This document shows, in pieces, positions 1 to 8,585 of a stretch of 60,388 bases of DNA. This DNA is from an uncultured Candidatus Saccharibacteria bacterium (GTDB lineage: Bacteria; Patescibacteriota; Minisyncoccia; Phycocordibacterales; Phycocordibacteraceae): positions 40,897 through 101,284 of the forward strand of contig CAYUQB010000003.1 of assembly GCA_964446735.1 (NCBI GenBank), in the 5' to 3' direction. The position numbers and the translations under genes were made by a program. Numbering within the stretch: the first letter of the stretch is position 1; each line of letters starts with the position of its first letter. The notes under the pieces are model-generated. The model saw nothing but the letters and a program-made list of their open reading frames with translations, did not search any database and was not told where the DNA came from.

Positions 1-1
1 C

Positions 2-214
2 GATATGCAGCCGGTGCTCGACATCTTTACCTGGGTCGTTGACCACGCACTTCCGTCAGGTGTTCTTTCAGAACAGCTCAAGGTGACAACGAAAGAACAG
101 ACCTCGGTTGCTCCGCTCATGTGGAGTCACGCCGCGTATGCCATTACGGTACTCAAATATCTTGATAAGCTGGAAGAGCTTGGGGTGTGCGTCGCCTGCA
201 ACCCCACTCCCTAA
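2..214 (+). CDS. Glycoside hydrolase family 15 (glucoamylase-like), C-terminal fragment; gene starts before the window
   Basis: C-terminal motif LSEQ...PLMWSHA typical of GH15; frame open to the window edge. Confidence 0.7.
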   Translation, partial: DMQPVLDIFTWVVDHALPSGVLSEQLKVTTKEQTSVAPLMWSHAAYAITVLKYLDKLEELGVCVACNPTP

Positions 215-215
215 C

Positions 216-1874
216 ATGGAACCACTTGCTACCCGACTCACGAGCGTCATCCGAGGCGATGTCACGACCGATACCGAGACACTCGCGAAGATGTCACGCG
301 ATACGAGCGTGTTCACCCGCACCCCCTCGGTGGTGGTATATCCCAAGGATAGCGAGGATGTCGCTGCATTAGTAAAAGTTGTGGCAGAGGCAAAGCGTGC
401 GGGAGAGAATGTCTCCGTTACTGCGCGTGCTGCCGGCACCGACATGTCGGGAGGTCCGCTCACTCATTCAGTGCTCGCCGTGTTCACCAAATACATGAAT
501 CACCTGCTTGAGGTTGGTGACGGATACGCCCGTACTGAACCCGGTGTTTACTACCGCGATTTTGAGAAAGCGACACTTGCCAAAGGCGACCAAATCCTTC
601 CCTCCTATCCCGCGTCCCGGGAGATCGCCGCAATGGGCGGGATTGTGAACAACAACTCAGGTGGTGAACGCACGCTCGAATACGGAAAGACCGAACGCTA
701 CGTTGAGGAAGTTGAGGTTGTGCTTGCGGACGGCACGATCACTACCTTTAAGGAGCTTGGTCCTGATGAACTCGATGAGAAGAAGAAATTGAATACGCTT
801 GAAGGCGACATCTACCGCAAGATGTCAGCGCTCATTATTGAGAACCGTGAAGCTATCGAAGCGGCGCGCCCCAAGGTGTCGAAGAACTCCGCAGGGTATG
901 CGCTCTGGGATGTGTTTGATATTGAGAACGGTACCTTCAACCTCGCGAAATTGATCTGTGGTGCTCAAGGAACACTTGCGCTCATGACACAGGCCAAGCT
1001 CAGACTCGTGAAGCAGCAAGGACACCGCTCTATGCTCGTGGTATTCCTGCGAGACCTTGAGGTACTCCCCGAGATCGTAAAGCGGGTACTTCCCTTTAAT
1101 CCCGAGAGTTTTGAAAGTTATGACGACCAGACCTTTAAGCTTGCCGTGAAGTTTATGCCGCAGATGCTCTCGCAGATGGGCTTTGGCCGTGCCGCGCGCC
1201 TCGGTATGTCGTTCATACCCGAGATGCTCATGGTTGCACGAGGAGGCGTACCCAAGCTCGTGCTTATGGCAGAGTTTTCCGAGGATACTCATAAAGAAGC
1301 ACTTGGTATGGCACGTAAAGCTGAGACAGCACTCAAGGACCTACATCTTCCTACTTCGGTGAAGAAGGACGAGCGTGGTGCGGAGAAGTACTGGGTCGTA
1401 CGCAGAGAATCGTTCGCACTTTTGCGAAAGAATGTGCACGGTCTCTATGCAGCACCATTTATCGATGACTTTGTCGTTCCTCCCGATACCTATCCAGACT
1501 TTCTTCCTGAATTGGATACGCTTCTTGCGGAGTACAAAGATCGCTTTATCTACACGATCGCCGGCCACATCGGGAACGGCAATTTCCATATCATCCCGCT
1601 TATGGATCTCACGAAACCTGAAGTACGCCAGGTCATTCTCGATCTTTCTCCAAAAGTATACGAACTCGTGCTTAAGTACGGCGGGTCAACGACTGGAGAA
1701 CATAACGATGGCATCATCCGCACTCCCTATCTCTCACTTATGTTCGGTACCAAAATGGTTGAACTCTTCCAAGAGACGAAACAAATATTTGACCCCCAGA
1801 ATATTTTCAATCCGGGAAAGAAAGTCGGTGGCACCTTTGAGGCGATTAAAACCGACATGATTACGCATATATAG
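216..1874 (+). CDS. FAD-binding oxidoreductase (GlcD/D-lactate dehydrogenase-like FAD-linked oxidase)
   Basis: AAGTDMSGG FAD-binding motif, GHIGNGNFH and TGEHNDG, C-terminal IFNPGK; ATG at 216 directly follows the GH15 stop, so the track's start at 108 is unlikely. Confidence 0.9.
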   Translation: MEPLATRLTSVIRGDVTTDTETLAKMSRDTSVFTRTPSVVVYPKDSEDVAALVKVVAEAKRAGENVSVTARAAGTDMSGGPLTHSVLAVFTKYMNHLLEVGDGYARTEPGVYYRDFEKATLAKGDQILPSYPASREIAAMGGIVNNNSGGERTLEYGKTERYVEEVEVVLADGTITTFKELGPDELDEKKKLNTLEGDIYRKMSALIIENREAIEAARPKVSKNSAGYALWDVFDIENGTFNLAKLICGAQGTLALMTQAKLRLVKQQGHRSMLVVFLRDLEVLPEIVKRVLPFNPESFESYDDQTFKLAVKFMPQMLSQMGFGRAARLGMSFIPEMLMVARGGVPKLVLMAEFSEDTHKEALGMARKAETALKDLHLPTSVKKDERGAEKYWVVRRESFALLRKNVHGLYAAPFIDDFVVPPDTYPDFLPELDTLLAEYKDRFIYTIAGHIGNGNFHIIPLMDLTKPEVRQVILDLSPKVYELVLKYGGSTTGEHNDGIIRTPYLSLMFGTKMVELFQETKQIFDPQNIFNPGKKVGGTFEAIKTDMITHI

Positions 1875-1877
1875 GAG

Positions 1878-1898
1878 ACGGCCGCGCGAGGCGGCCGT
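1878..1898. terminator. Hairpin between convergent genes
   Basis: ACGGCCGC-GCGAG-GCGGCCGT inverted repeat. Confidence 0.55.
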
Positions 1899-1903
1899 TC
1901 CGG

Positions 1904-2176
1904 TCAGTGGGCGATGATGTCGCACGCGAATCTCGGTCCCGTACCTCCCGGGGTGGAAGGAAGTGGACGAACACGAACGGGCCTGATGTTCTCCGGCATC
2001 TTCGGCAGGCGCCGATCGTAGGTGCCCGCCGCCGCACCGATGCTGGGGTCGGGGATCCGCTCCTCATACCAGCACCAGCGTCGCTCGACGAACCTTCCCT
2101 CCTCATTCATTCCCACGATGGTGGGTCTGAGGGCGAACCGTCTGACCCATACTCCTCGCTTGTGAACTCGGAACAT
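1904..2176 (-). CDS. Hypothetical protein, 90 aa (orphan unit)
   Basis: SD GGGAGG shortly upstream of ATG; upstream TTTACA-17-TATAAG promoter; hairpin downstream. Confidence 0.6.
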   Translation of the reverse strand: MFRVHKRGVWVRRFALRPTIVGMNEEGRFVERRWCWYEERIPDPSIGAAAGTYDRRLPKMPENIRPVRVRPLPSTPGGTGPRFACDIIAH

Positions 2177-2235
2177 TGTAGGCCCTCCCTGTGCTGCCTA
2201 CGCTTCTTATACGCAACCTCTACGCATGTGTAAAG

Positions 2236-2276
2236 AAAAAGAGCCGGACATGTTCCCGTAGGAACAGAGGTCCGGC
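2236..2276 (-). terminator. Intrinsic terminator of the LysM-like gene
   Basis: GCCGGAC...GTTCC-TACG-GGAAC...GTCCGGC followed by a T-run on the minus strand. Confidence 0.7.
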
Positions 2277-2301
2277 CCTTCATCTCACCGCCCGCGAAGC
2301 G

Positions 2302-3144
2302 CTAGCTGGTGCGGTACGGGACCGCGAAGCTGATGCCCGCTTGGTGCAGATCCTTGCTCACCTGCTTGGTGAACCGGGTCATGCCCTTCTGGCAGACGGA
2401 GTTGATGCAGTAGCCGACGATCGGCGTGGCGGTCTCGAAGCCCGAGATGAGCCGAGGATCCGCCAGCTCGTCGTTGGTCACCAGGATGAACCGATCGACC
2501 GCCTGGGTCTCAAGCGCCCGCACGGCGCCGGTCAGGCCCGAGAACTTGGTGCCGAAGGGCCAGAACTGCCCCTCGTTGTGGTATTCGACCATGCCCTGGT
2601 TGGTGTAGACCCAGATCCGGGCCGGCTCCTTCTTCTGAGCGGTGAACGCCAGGTTGAACTGGACGGCGGCGTCCAGGAGGCGCTGTTTGAGCACCGGATC
2701 GTCGCCGTCGACCAGGATGGCCACCTGTTCGTCAGCGCCGATCTTCGCCACCGCCTGCGTGATGTCCGCCGGGATGGCGGACGCATCGGGGATGCGCAGG
2801 GTCTGGCCGGGCACCAGCGTGTTGGCGCGGGCCAGGTTCAGCTTCTTGCTGCAGAAGTGGCGGCCGCGCTGTGGCCAGTTCCTGCCGATGCAGTGCTCGT
2901 TGAAATTGGTGCGGAGCGCGCGGTCGTTGAAGGCGGCCAGCATCAGGGTCGGCACATCACCGTGGGTGTCGGCGACCTTCGAGAGGTCGTCGCCACGCTG
3001 GGCGATGTACTGGACGCTCGCGGCGGGCGGCCGCTGCCAGGTCTCCTGCTTCTTGGGCAGGAACTGGTAGGCGCCCACGCCGATGAGGGCGACTCCGAGG
3101 ATGGCGCTGCCGGCGATGAGCGCAGTGCGTTGATTCTTGGTCAT
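2302..3144 (-). CDS. Membrane-anchored protein with an interrupted LysM-like domain
   Basis: N-terminal TM; YIAQRGDDLSKVA...LVPGQTLRIP matches LysM ends; SD GGAGG; TTGACA promoter upstream. Confidence 0.7.
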   Translation of the reverse strand: MTKNQRTALIAGSAILGVALIGVGAYQFLPKKQETWQRPPAASVQYIAQRGDDLSKVADTHGDVPTLMLAAFNDRALRTNFNEHCIGRNWPQRGRHFCSKKLNLARANTLVPGQTLRIPDASAIPADITQAVAKIGADEQVAILVDGDDPVLKQRLLDAAVQFNLAFTAQKKEPARIWVYTNQGMVEYHNEGQFWPFGTKFSGLTGAVRALETQAVDRFILVTNDELADPRLISGFETATPIVGYCINSVCQKGMTRFTKQVSKDLHQAGISFAVPYRTS

Positions 3145-3234
3145 ATGCCCCTCCGAGGCAATTGCGGTGAGATGGAATGAACGAGTTCCCTCACCTAGGT
3201 GATGGCCAAAAGGCCGAGAAACTGTACTGGGATA

Positions 3235-3298
3235 TATTATTGATTATTTAAATCAAATGTCAAGCTTGATTGACCTTCCCATTCGGAGCCTTCATAGT
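3235..3298. promoter_or_regulatory. Divergent sigma70-type promoters
   Basis: Minus: TTGACA (3263-3258)-16-AATAAT; plus: TTGACC (3270-3275)-17-CATAGT. Confidence 0.6.
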
Positions 3299-3329
3299 TC
3301 CCTCGGGTGCTCACAGGGAGATCGTTGCC

Positions 3330-3965
3330 ATGCCCCCGAAACTTCTCATCCTCGCTTCCGGGACGCGCAAAGGCGGCGGTTCCGGATTTGAAAATTTGGT
3401 TCATGCCACACGTGAAGGTGTGCTGCGCGCCGATATCGTCGGCGTCGTTTCGAACCACGAACACGGAGGAGTCCGCGAGCGAGCGGATCGCCTCGGCATC
3501 AGGTTCGGGTACCTGTCAGCCAAGTTCCATCCCACGGCGGCGTACCGCGCCATCTTCGACGCCTTCCAACCGGACTTCGTAGCGCTTTCGGGCTGGATGT
3601 TTAAAGTGAGCGGGCACGATCCGCGCACCACGTTCAACATCCACCCGGGACCACTCCCTGAGTCCGGCGGTCCTGGCATGTACGGAGATCACGTGCACCA
3701 GAAGATGCGCACGATGCGAGAACAGGGTGAGCTCACCCACTCCGCTGTCACCATGCACTTCGTCGACAGCGAGTACGACCGCGGTCCGCCCTTCTTCCGA
3801 GAACCGGTGGAAATCAAACCTGACGACACCGTGGAGTCGCTCCGAGCACGCGTGAACAGCCAGGAGCACTTCTGGCAGCCACGTATCACCAACATGGTGC
3901 TCCAACGTGAGATTTACTGGGACGGTGTGAACCCGGAGACTCTCGTGGGTGCGGTGCTGAATTAG
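3330..3965 (+). CDS. purN: Phosphoribosylglycinamide formyltransferase-like (PurN family)
   Basis: LILASG, VVSN, NIHPGPLP, TMHFVDSEYDRGP with catalytic N/H/D; SD AGGGAG before ATG 3330. Confidence 0.8.
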   Translation: MPPKLLILASGTRKGGGSGFENLVHATREGVLRADIVGVVSNHEHGGVRERADRLGIRFGYLSAKFHPTAAYRAIFDAFQPDFVALSGWMFKVSGHDPRTTFNIHPGPLPESGGPGMYGDHVHQKMRTMREQGELTHSAVTMHFVDSEYDRGPPFFREPVEIKPDDTVESLRARVNSQEHFWQPRITNMVLQREIYWDGVNPETLVGAVLN

Positions 3966-3984
3966 GAAAGGCACAAACAACAAC

Positions 3985-4012
3985 GGGGGCCCGCGCGAGC
4001 GGACCCCCTTTT
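3985..4012. terminator. Hairpin between convergent genes
   Basis: GGGGG-CCCGC-GCGA-GCGG-ACCCCC followed by TTTT. Confidence 0.6.
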
Positions 4013-4024
4013 GTTTCTAGGTGG

Positions 4025-4609
4025 TTATGGTTCGTGGTACGGCTGGTTGAGCGCGTTCATGCGCCCCCGCAGCTGCTCCTCGAAAGCCTGGCCGATCATG
4101 ATGCCGAGCCCTTCCTTCTCGATGCGTTGATCGATCATGGCGAAGAGCTCACTCGTCCGTCGCGCGTATTCCTGTTCGGTCGACGCACTGATCACGGCCA
4201 CGACCGTGCGGTCCGGCCCCGTACGGAGCGTGACGAAGGGTGGCCCCTCCCATGCCTCCAGATCGTTGTGGAGCTGCATGTAGTAGTAGGCGTCGACGAA
4301 GGTCTGCCTGACCTTCAGGTCCTCGATGGTGTTGAGGAGCTTCCGACGCTTCTTCGGATCAAGCTCGTGGATGAGCACGTTTTCTTGATCGCTCATTTTG
4401 CGAGCAAGTGCTTGCTTGTACGCCACGAGCCGAAGCAGCATTTCGCTCACATGCCCCGGAAGAGCTCGATCAGTTTCCTTGAGCGGCGAGAAGCGCAGGT
4501 GCTTGATGTTCGCGAGATTAACGTCGCGCATGATGTTGGCGAAGGGATGTTTGATGTCATCGCGGTCCCGTTCGCGCCCAGCTTCCGGCACAAGGTCGGT
4601 ATCGGTCAT
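4025..4609 (-). CDS. Hypothetical protein, 194 aa (orphan unit)
   Basis: Long ORF with G/C-rich third positions; TTGCTT-17-TATTAT promoter at 4689-4661. Confidence 0.7.
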   Translation of the reverse strand: MTDTDLVPEAGRERDRDDIKHPFANIMRDVNLANIKHLRFSPLKETDRALPGHVSEMLLRLVAYKQALARKMSDQENVLIHELDPKKRRKLLNTIEDLKVRQTFVDAYYYMQLHNDLEAWEGPPFVTLRTGPDRTVVAVISASTEQEYARRTSELFAMIDQRIEKEGLGIMIGQAFEEQLRGRMNALNQPYHEP

Positions 4610-4846
4610 TACGGTATGTCCCTAGAAAAAAAGAACGCCGCGGGATGCGCGGGTGTTCGGATAATAGCACAAAATAATGAAGTAAGCAAGAAGTGTGCGG
4701 CTTTGTACACATCTCGCTCGATAAGTCCTTGCGAATTACGCGAATCTGTATCATACTGCCGGCAACTCGACGGTTCCCTGGCTCCTAAAGGCTCCTGGCC
4801 CCCAAAGTGCAGCATCGACGAGGTTAATCATCAGTTTTTCAGCCAC

Positions 4847-5200
4847 ATGGCAACGAACAAGCTTTATGTCGGCGGTATTCCTTACCGCACGACCGAGGAT
4901 GAACTCCGCACCGCCTTTGAAGAGGCAGGTACGGTATCTTCCGTCAGTATTATCAGCGACCGCATGACGGGCCGCTCACGCGGTTTCGGCTTCGTGGAGA
5001 TGGCAGATGAGGCTCAGGCCCAGGCTGCTATCGATCGCTGGGATGGTAAGGAAATGGATGGGCGCATGCTCTCCGTTTCCTTCGCCCGCCCGCAGAGTGA
5101 TCGCCCCGCAGGAGGTGATCGCGGCGGCCGCGGCGGATTTGGTGGTGGTCGTGGAGGTTTCGGCGGTGGAGACCGCGGAGGCTTCGGCGGCGGCTACTAA
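4847..5200 (+). CDS. RNA-binding protein (RRM domain, Gly/Arg-rich tail)
   Basis: RNP2 KLYVGGI and RNP1 RGFGFVEM, RGG/FGG tail; true start inside the track's 4034-5200 ORF. Confidence 0.92.
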   Translation: MATNKLYVGGIPYRTTEDELRTAFEEAGTVSSVSIISDRMTGRSRGFGFVEMADEAQAQAAIDRWDGKEMDGRMLSVSFARPQSDRPAGGDRGGRGGFGGGRGGFGGGDRGGFGGGY

Positions 5201-5211
5201 TTCGCTTCTCT

Positions 5212-5250
5212 AAAGAAAACGACCCGGGATAAACTCGGGTCGTTTTCTTT
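5212..5250. terminator. Bidirectional intrinsic terminator
   Basis: AAAGAAAACGACCCG...CGGGTCGTTTTCTTT perfect arms. Confidence 0.8.
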
Positions 5251-5926
5251 ATTTCACTCTAATAGGGTTCTCGATCGAGTACTCGGGGTGTGCATCGAGC
5301 CACGCCCGGATATCGGTCCATCGCAATCCATGAAATCCGAACTGTCCATCCCAAACTCGTCCGTAGATTTCATTACTCTCAAGACTGAACCGATGCGCAA
5401 GCTCAGGCGGGGCAAACTGGATTCCCTTGTCTTCTAGATAGGTTCGATGAATGACGCACTGTACCCAATCCTCATTCTCAGCGTACTTTCCGTGTACCGC
5501 TGGATCGCCAAGATCGATGTAACTGTCCGATGCAGTGAGTTCGAGGAGACGTTTACTACGTATGCTGAATCCTCCGTTTCCGGTAACCAGTTCGCCGTCA
5601 ACTGAGAATGGAGCGCCGATGTAGTCGTATGCAAGGAATTCATCCGTCCATGCTGCTGGATTCAAGATAAACCCATCGTGCTGAATGACGAGAGCAAATT
5701 CTGTTGTGACATAGTCAGTGAGTCGCTTGAGGATGAACCGAGAGTATTCCGCAATCGAATCTACCGATGGAATAGAAACTATATCTGGACGATCCGATGG
5801 TAATGACGTCAGCAACTTAACTTCGGCAAAGCTGAAATCCTTACAGCAAATATCAGCGGCTTGCGCTAAGCGTTCAATGTTAACGCAATCGAGACCGACA
5901 AGGGTCACGTTCGATAGCGTGCGCAT
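5249..5926 (-). CDS. DUF5672-family (glycosyltransferase-like) protein
   Basis: ALVIQHDGFILNP..W.DEFL.YDYIGAP and GNGGFSIRS motifs. Confidence 0.75.
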   Translation of the reverse strand: MRTLSNVTLVGLDCVNIERLAQAADICCKDFSFAEVKLLTSLPSDRPDIVSIPSVDSIAEYSRFILKRLTDYVTTEFALVIQHDGFILNPAAWTDEFLAYDYIGAPFSVDGELVTGNGGFSIRSKRLLELTASDSYIDLGDPAVHGKYAENEDWVQCVIHRTYLEDKGIQFAPPELAHRFSLESNEIYGRVWDGQFGFHGLRWTDIRAWLDAHPEYSIENPIRVK

Positions 5927-5949
5927 GGTAGATGCCGTACTTCGAGAAT

Positions 5950-6417
5950 TTACCCGCACGTCGTGTGAGAGTGTTCAGCGCCAACGACTTGTCGCTTCTT
6001 ATATTCAGCACTCCATCCCACGTAATTTGAAAGGACTTGGAAGAACGAACCCAATGCTGCAATAGCGAGCACGAGCACAATGGGCCAGGCGTACGGTGTG
6101 AGGAAGTAGAAGAAGACTACCGTTGCACCAAACCAAAGACCGGTGCACCACGGACAGGTAAGGAGAGTGTGGAGTGTGCCACGAAATGTCTCGGGACGAG
6201 CGCCCACGAACCAATCACGGATGAACTTTGTGATGGAGTCATAGGTGAAGAGTCGGGTAAGACGCCAGACGGCAAGCGATAGAAGCAGGATGTCGCCTAG
6301 GCCGATGGTGCGGTAAAAGGCACCAAGCGTAGATAGGAACCAGATGCCGCCAAAAAGGAGTATGGCGAAGAAGAAGGATAAAATGATATTCCAGAAATGG
6401 TTGCGCAACGTATTCAT
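5950..6417 (-). CDS. DUF1360-family membrane protein
   Basis: LAVWRLTRLFTYDSI and LLTCPWCTGLW motifs. Confidence 0.75.
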   Translation of the reverse strand: MNTLRNHFWNIILSFFFAILLFGGIWFLSTLGAFYRTIGLGDILLLSLAVWRLTRLFTYDSITKFIRDWFVGARPETFRGTLHTLLTCPWCTGLWFGATVVFFYFLTPYAWPIVLVLAIAALGSFFQVLSNYVGWSAEYKKRQVVGAEHSHTTCG

Positions 6418-6452
6418 ACGATCAGTGTATCCTACTCTCATATCGTATTCCT

Positions 6453-7199
6453 ATGGACATCCCCAAAGAGGAGCTCGCGCATCTGATCCGGGATAAGTAC
6501 CGGGGGAATAAGAACGCAGATATTTCAGATGATGTCGCGCGTCTTTCGGCAGGCGAACCACTTGCCTATGTCATAGGCTGGCTTCCCTTTTTGGGTCTGC
6601 GTATCGAACTCGATTCTCGTCCTCTCATTCCTCGCCCCGAGACTGAATGGTGGACTGAACTCCTTATCGAGCACGTCCGGTCGCGTTTTGGTACGGGACC
6701 AGTACGCATACTTGATGTGTGTGCAGGGTCTGGAGCTGTTGGGCTTGCGCTCCTTCACCACTGCGAGAATGCCCTGGTGTCCTTTGGCGAGCTCTCGCCC
6801 GAGCATGCTGGGCAAATCAAGCGGAATATTCAAAAGAACGGGCTTGATGAATCTCGAGCGCAGGTGCGCGTGGGAGATCTCTTCGAACCGTTCCTACACG
6901 ATACGTTCGACATTATCGCTGCCAATCCTCCGTATGTTCCGCAAGGGCGCGTACTCGACCGGAGCGTAGCCGAGTATGAGCCCCTTGATGCTCTCTATGC
7001 GGGTGAGGATGGTCTCGATCTTATCCGACGTATCGCAACCCATGCCCCTCACCACCTTCCGAAGGGTGGTGAGGTTTGGATGGAGTGTGACTCTGAGCAC
7101 GCACAGGATGCTGCAACGCTCATGGGTCTTGCTGCAGGGCGCGTCCTTGTCCGCAAGGACCAGTATGGGCGGGACCGGCTCGTGCTAGCCTATTACTGA
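6453..7199 (+). CDS. prmC: Release factor glutamine methyltransferase
   Basis: GEPLAYVIG, LIPRPETE, LDVCAGSG, NPPY. Confidence 0.92.
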   Translation: MDIPKEELAHLIRDKYRGNKNADISDDVARLSAGEPLAYVIGWLPFLGLRIELDSRPLIPRPETEWWTELLIEHVRSRFGTGPVRILDVCAGSGAVGLALLHHCENALVSFGELSPEHAGQIKRNIQKNGLDESRAQVRVGDLFEPFLHDTFDIIAANPPYVPQGRVLDRSVAEYEPLDALYAGEDGLDLIRRIATHAPHHLPKGGEVWMECDSEHAQDAATLMGLAAGRVLVRKDQYGRDRLVLAYY

Positions 7200-7426
7200 T
7201 GCAGGGCTCGTCCACCAGCCTCCTTCAGGTCGCCGCACTCCCCATCGCGCAGGTGCTGCCGGTTGTTTTCTTTTTTGTTTTCCTGGTCTGGGTGGTGTTC
7301 ACGCTGGTTGCTGCATACCACTGGTTCCGTTATAGCAACGCCACGACCATGGCGCTCTGTGCGATGACCACGCACCTCATCGTCTCCGCGATGATCGCGA
7401 TATACGCCGTAAGTGGTTTTGCATAG
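7199..7426 (+). CDS. Small two-TM membrane protein
   Basis: Two hydrophobic segments; ATG overlaps the prmC stop. Confidence 0.7.
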   Translation: MQGSSTSLLQVAALPIAQVLPVVFFFVFLVWVVFTLVAAYHWFRYSNATTMALCAMTTHLIVSAMIAIYAVSGFA

Positions 7427-7428
7427 AT

Positions 7429-7986
7429 ATGCGTGACGTACAACTCCATTCGGGCGAGCACATCATTCGATCGGTTCGTAAGCACTGGTTCGTCCTTGTT
7501 GCGAGTCTCGTACCATTTGCGCTCCTTGCCTACCTCCCGACCCTCATCCTTCCCTTCCTGGGTTTTATCGGAAACGTTATCCCGCATTCGGGTGAGGTTG
7601 CCAGATTCCAGATCGCTGAGAACGAATATGTCCGCTTTGCATACGGACTCTGGCTCCTCCTTATTTGGGTTGCGGCATTCAATACGTTCACCCGCTATTA
7701 CCTCAATCAGTGGGTTATCACCACTACCCGCGTCATCGCCATGCATCAGTACGGATACTTCAGCCGAGAGGTTTCAAGCGTACTACTCGCCAAAGTGCAG
7801 GATGTGCAATCGGACATTCAAGGAATCTTCGAGACGTTACTTGGCTACGGACAACTTGAGGTACAGAGCGCTGGCGCCCAGGAGCATTTCATTATGGAAG
7901 GAATTGCCGATCCGCAAGGATTGCGTGACCTCATCATGCGCGAGATTGCGCAGCTCCATCGGGCGGGAGAGCAGGCGCAGGTATAA
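7429..7986 (+). CDS. Membrane protein with bacterial PH domain
   Basis: Two TMs then WVITTTRVI...LAKVQDVQ...LGYGQLEVQSAG, bPH_2-like. Confidence 0.75.
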   Translation: MRDVQLHSGEHIIRSVRKHWFVLVASLVPFALLAYLPTLILPFLGFIGNVIPHSGEVARFQIAENEYVRFAYGLWLLLIWVAAFNTFTRYYLNQWVITTTRVIAMHQYGYFSREVSSVLLAKVQDVQSDIQGIFETLLGYGQLEVQSAGAQEHFIMEGIADPQGLRDLIMREIAQLHRAGEQAQV

Positions 7987-8045
7987 ACTCAAGTCCCCCG
8001 CCGCATGCGACGAGGGACGAGAATGTTCAGTCTGGTAGGTGAAGA

Positions 8046-8390
8046 TCAGCGAGGCAGGGCGTCGACCACGGCTTCGAGGCCGTAGAGTTCCGCAAGCGGA
8101 ACCGCGGCAGGACCTTCGCTGAAGGTCTCGAAGACGAGCGCCGGCGGGTGATGCTGGATCTCGGCGACCGAGTCGCGACCATCGATCCCATAGCGGGCGC
8201 GTTCGCGGGTCGCGAGGCCGGAGACCACCACGACTTTCGTGTGGTCCGGCATCAGTACAGGACGGTTGTGGTCATCGCAGTCCACGAACCAGTCCTTGCC
8301 CCCAGGAAGCACGGCGGGCATCAGAACCATCCGCTGACCCACGCGTGCCTGCTAGCAGGCTTCGCTCGAACCGTTCAGTTGGGTCGTCAC
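8046..8390 (-). pseudogene. Hypothetical orphan gene interrupted by an in-frame TAG at codon 13 (or a 98-aa gene from GTG 8342)
   Basis: SD GGGGAGG (8404-8398) 7 nt before GTG 8390, in frame with ORF 8342-8046 but with TAG at 8354-8352. Confidence 0.45.
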
Positions 8391-8585
8391 TGGTAATCCT
8401 CCCCATATCTGGCATAGCACAGCGCTACCCAGAGCTGTTGGCGAGCCTACCACTGTTTATGAAAAACTCAATCAATACTCTTGCATTACTGCACCTTTCT
8501 ATCCCCATTTGACGACTTCGTGAAGCGGGAGTACAAGGCTACAAGCGCTCTCCTTGGTTTAGGCGCATAGATACGGAGAGATACG

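Noticed and set aside
4034-4846. Long N-terminal extension on the RRM protein (388-aa ORF)
   Set aside because: It is the antisense shadow of gene 4025-4609 plus intergenic DNA; the RRM begins at ATG 4847
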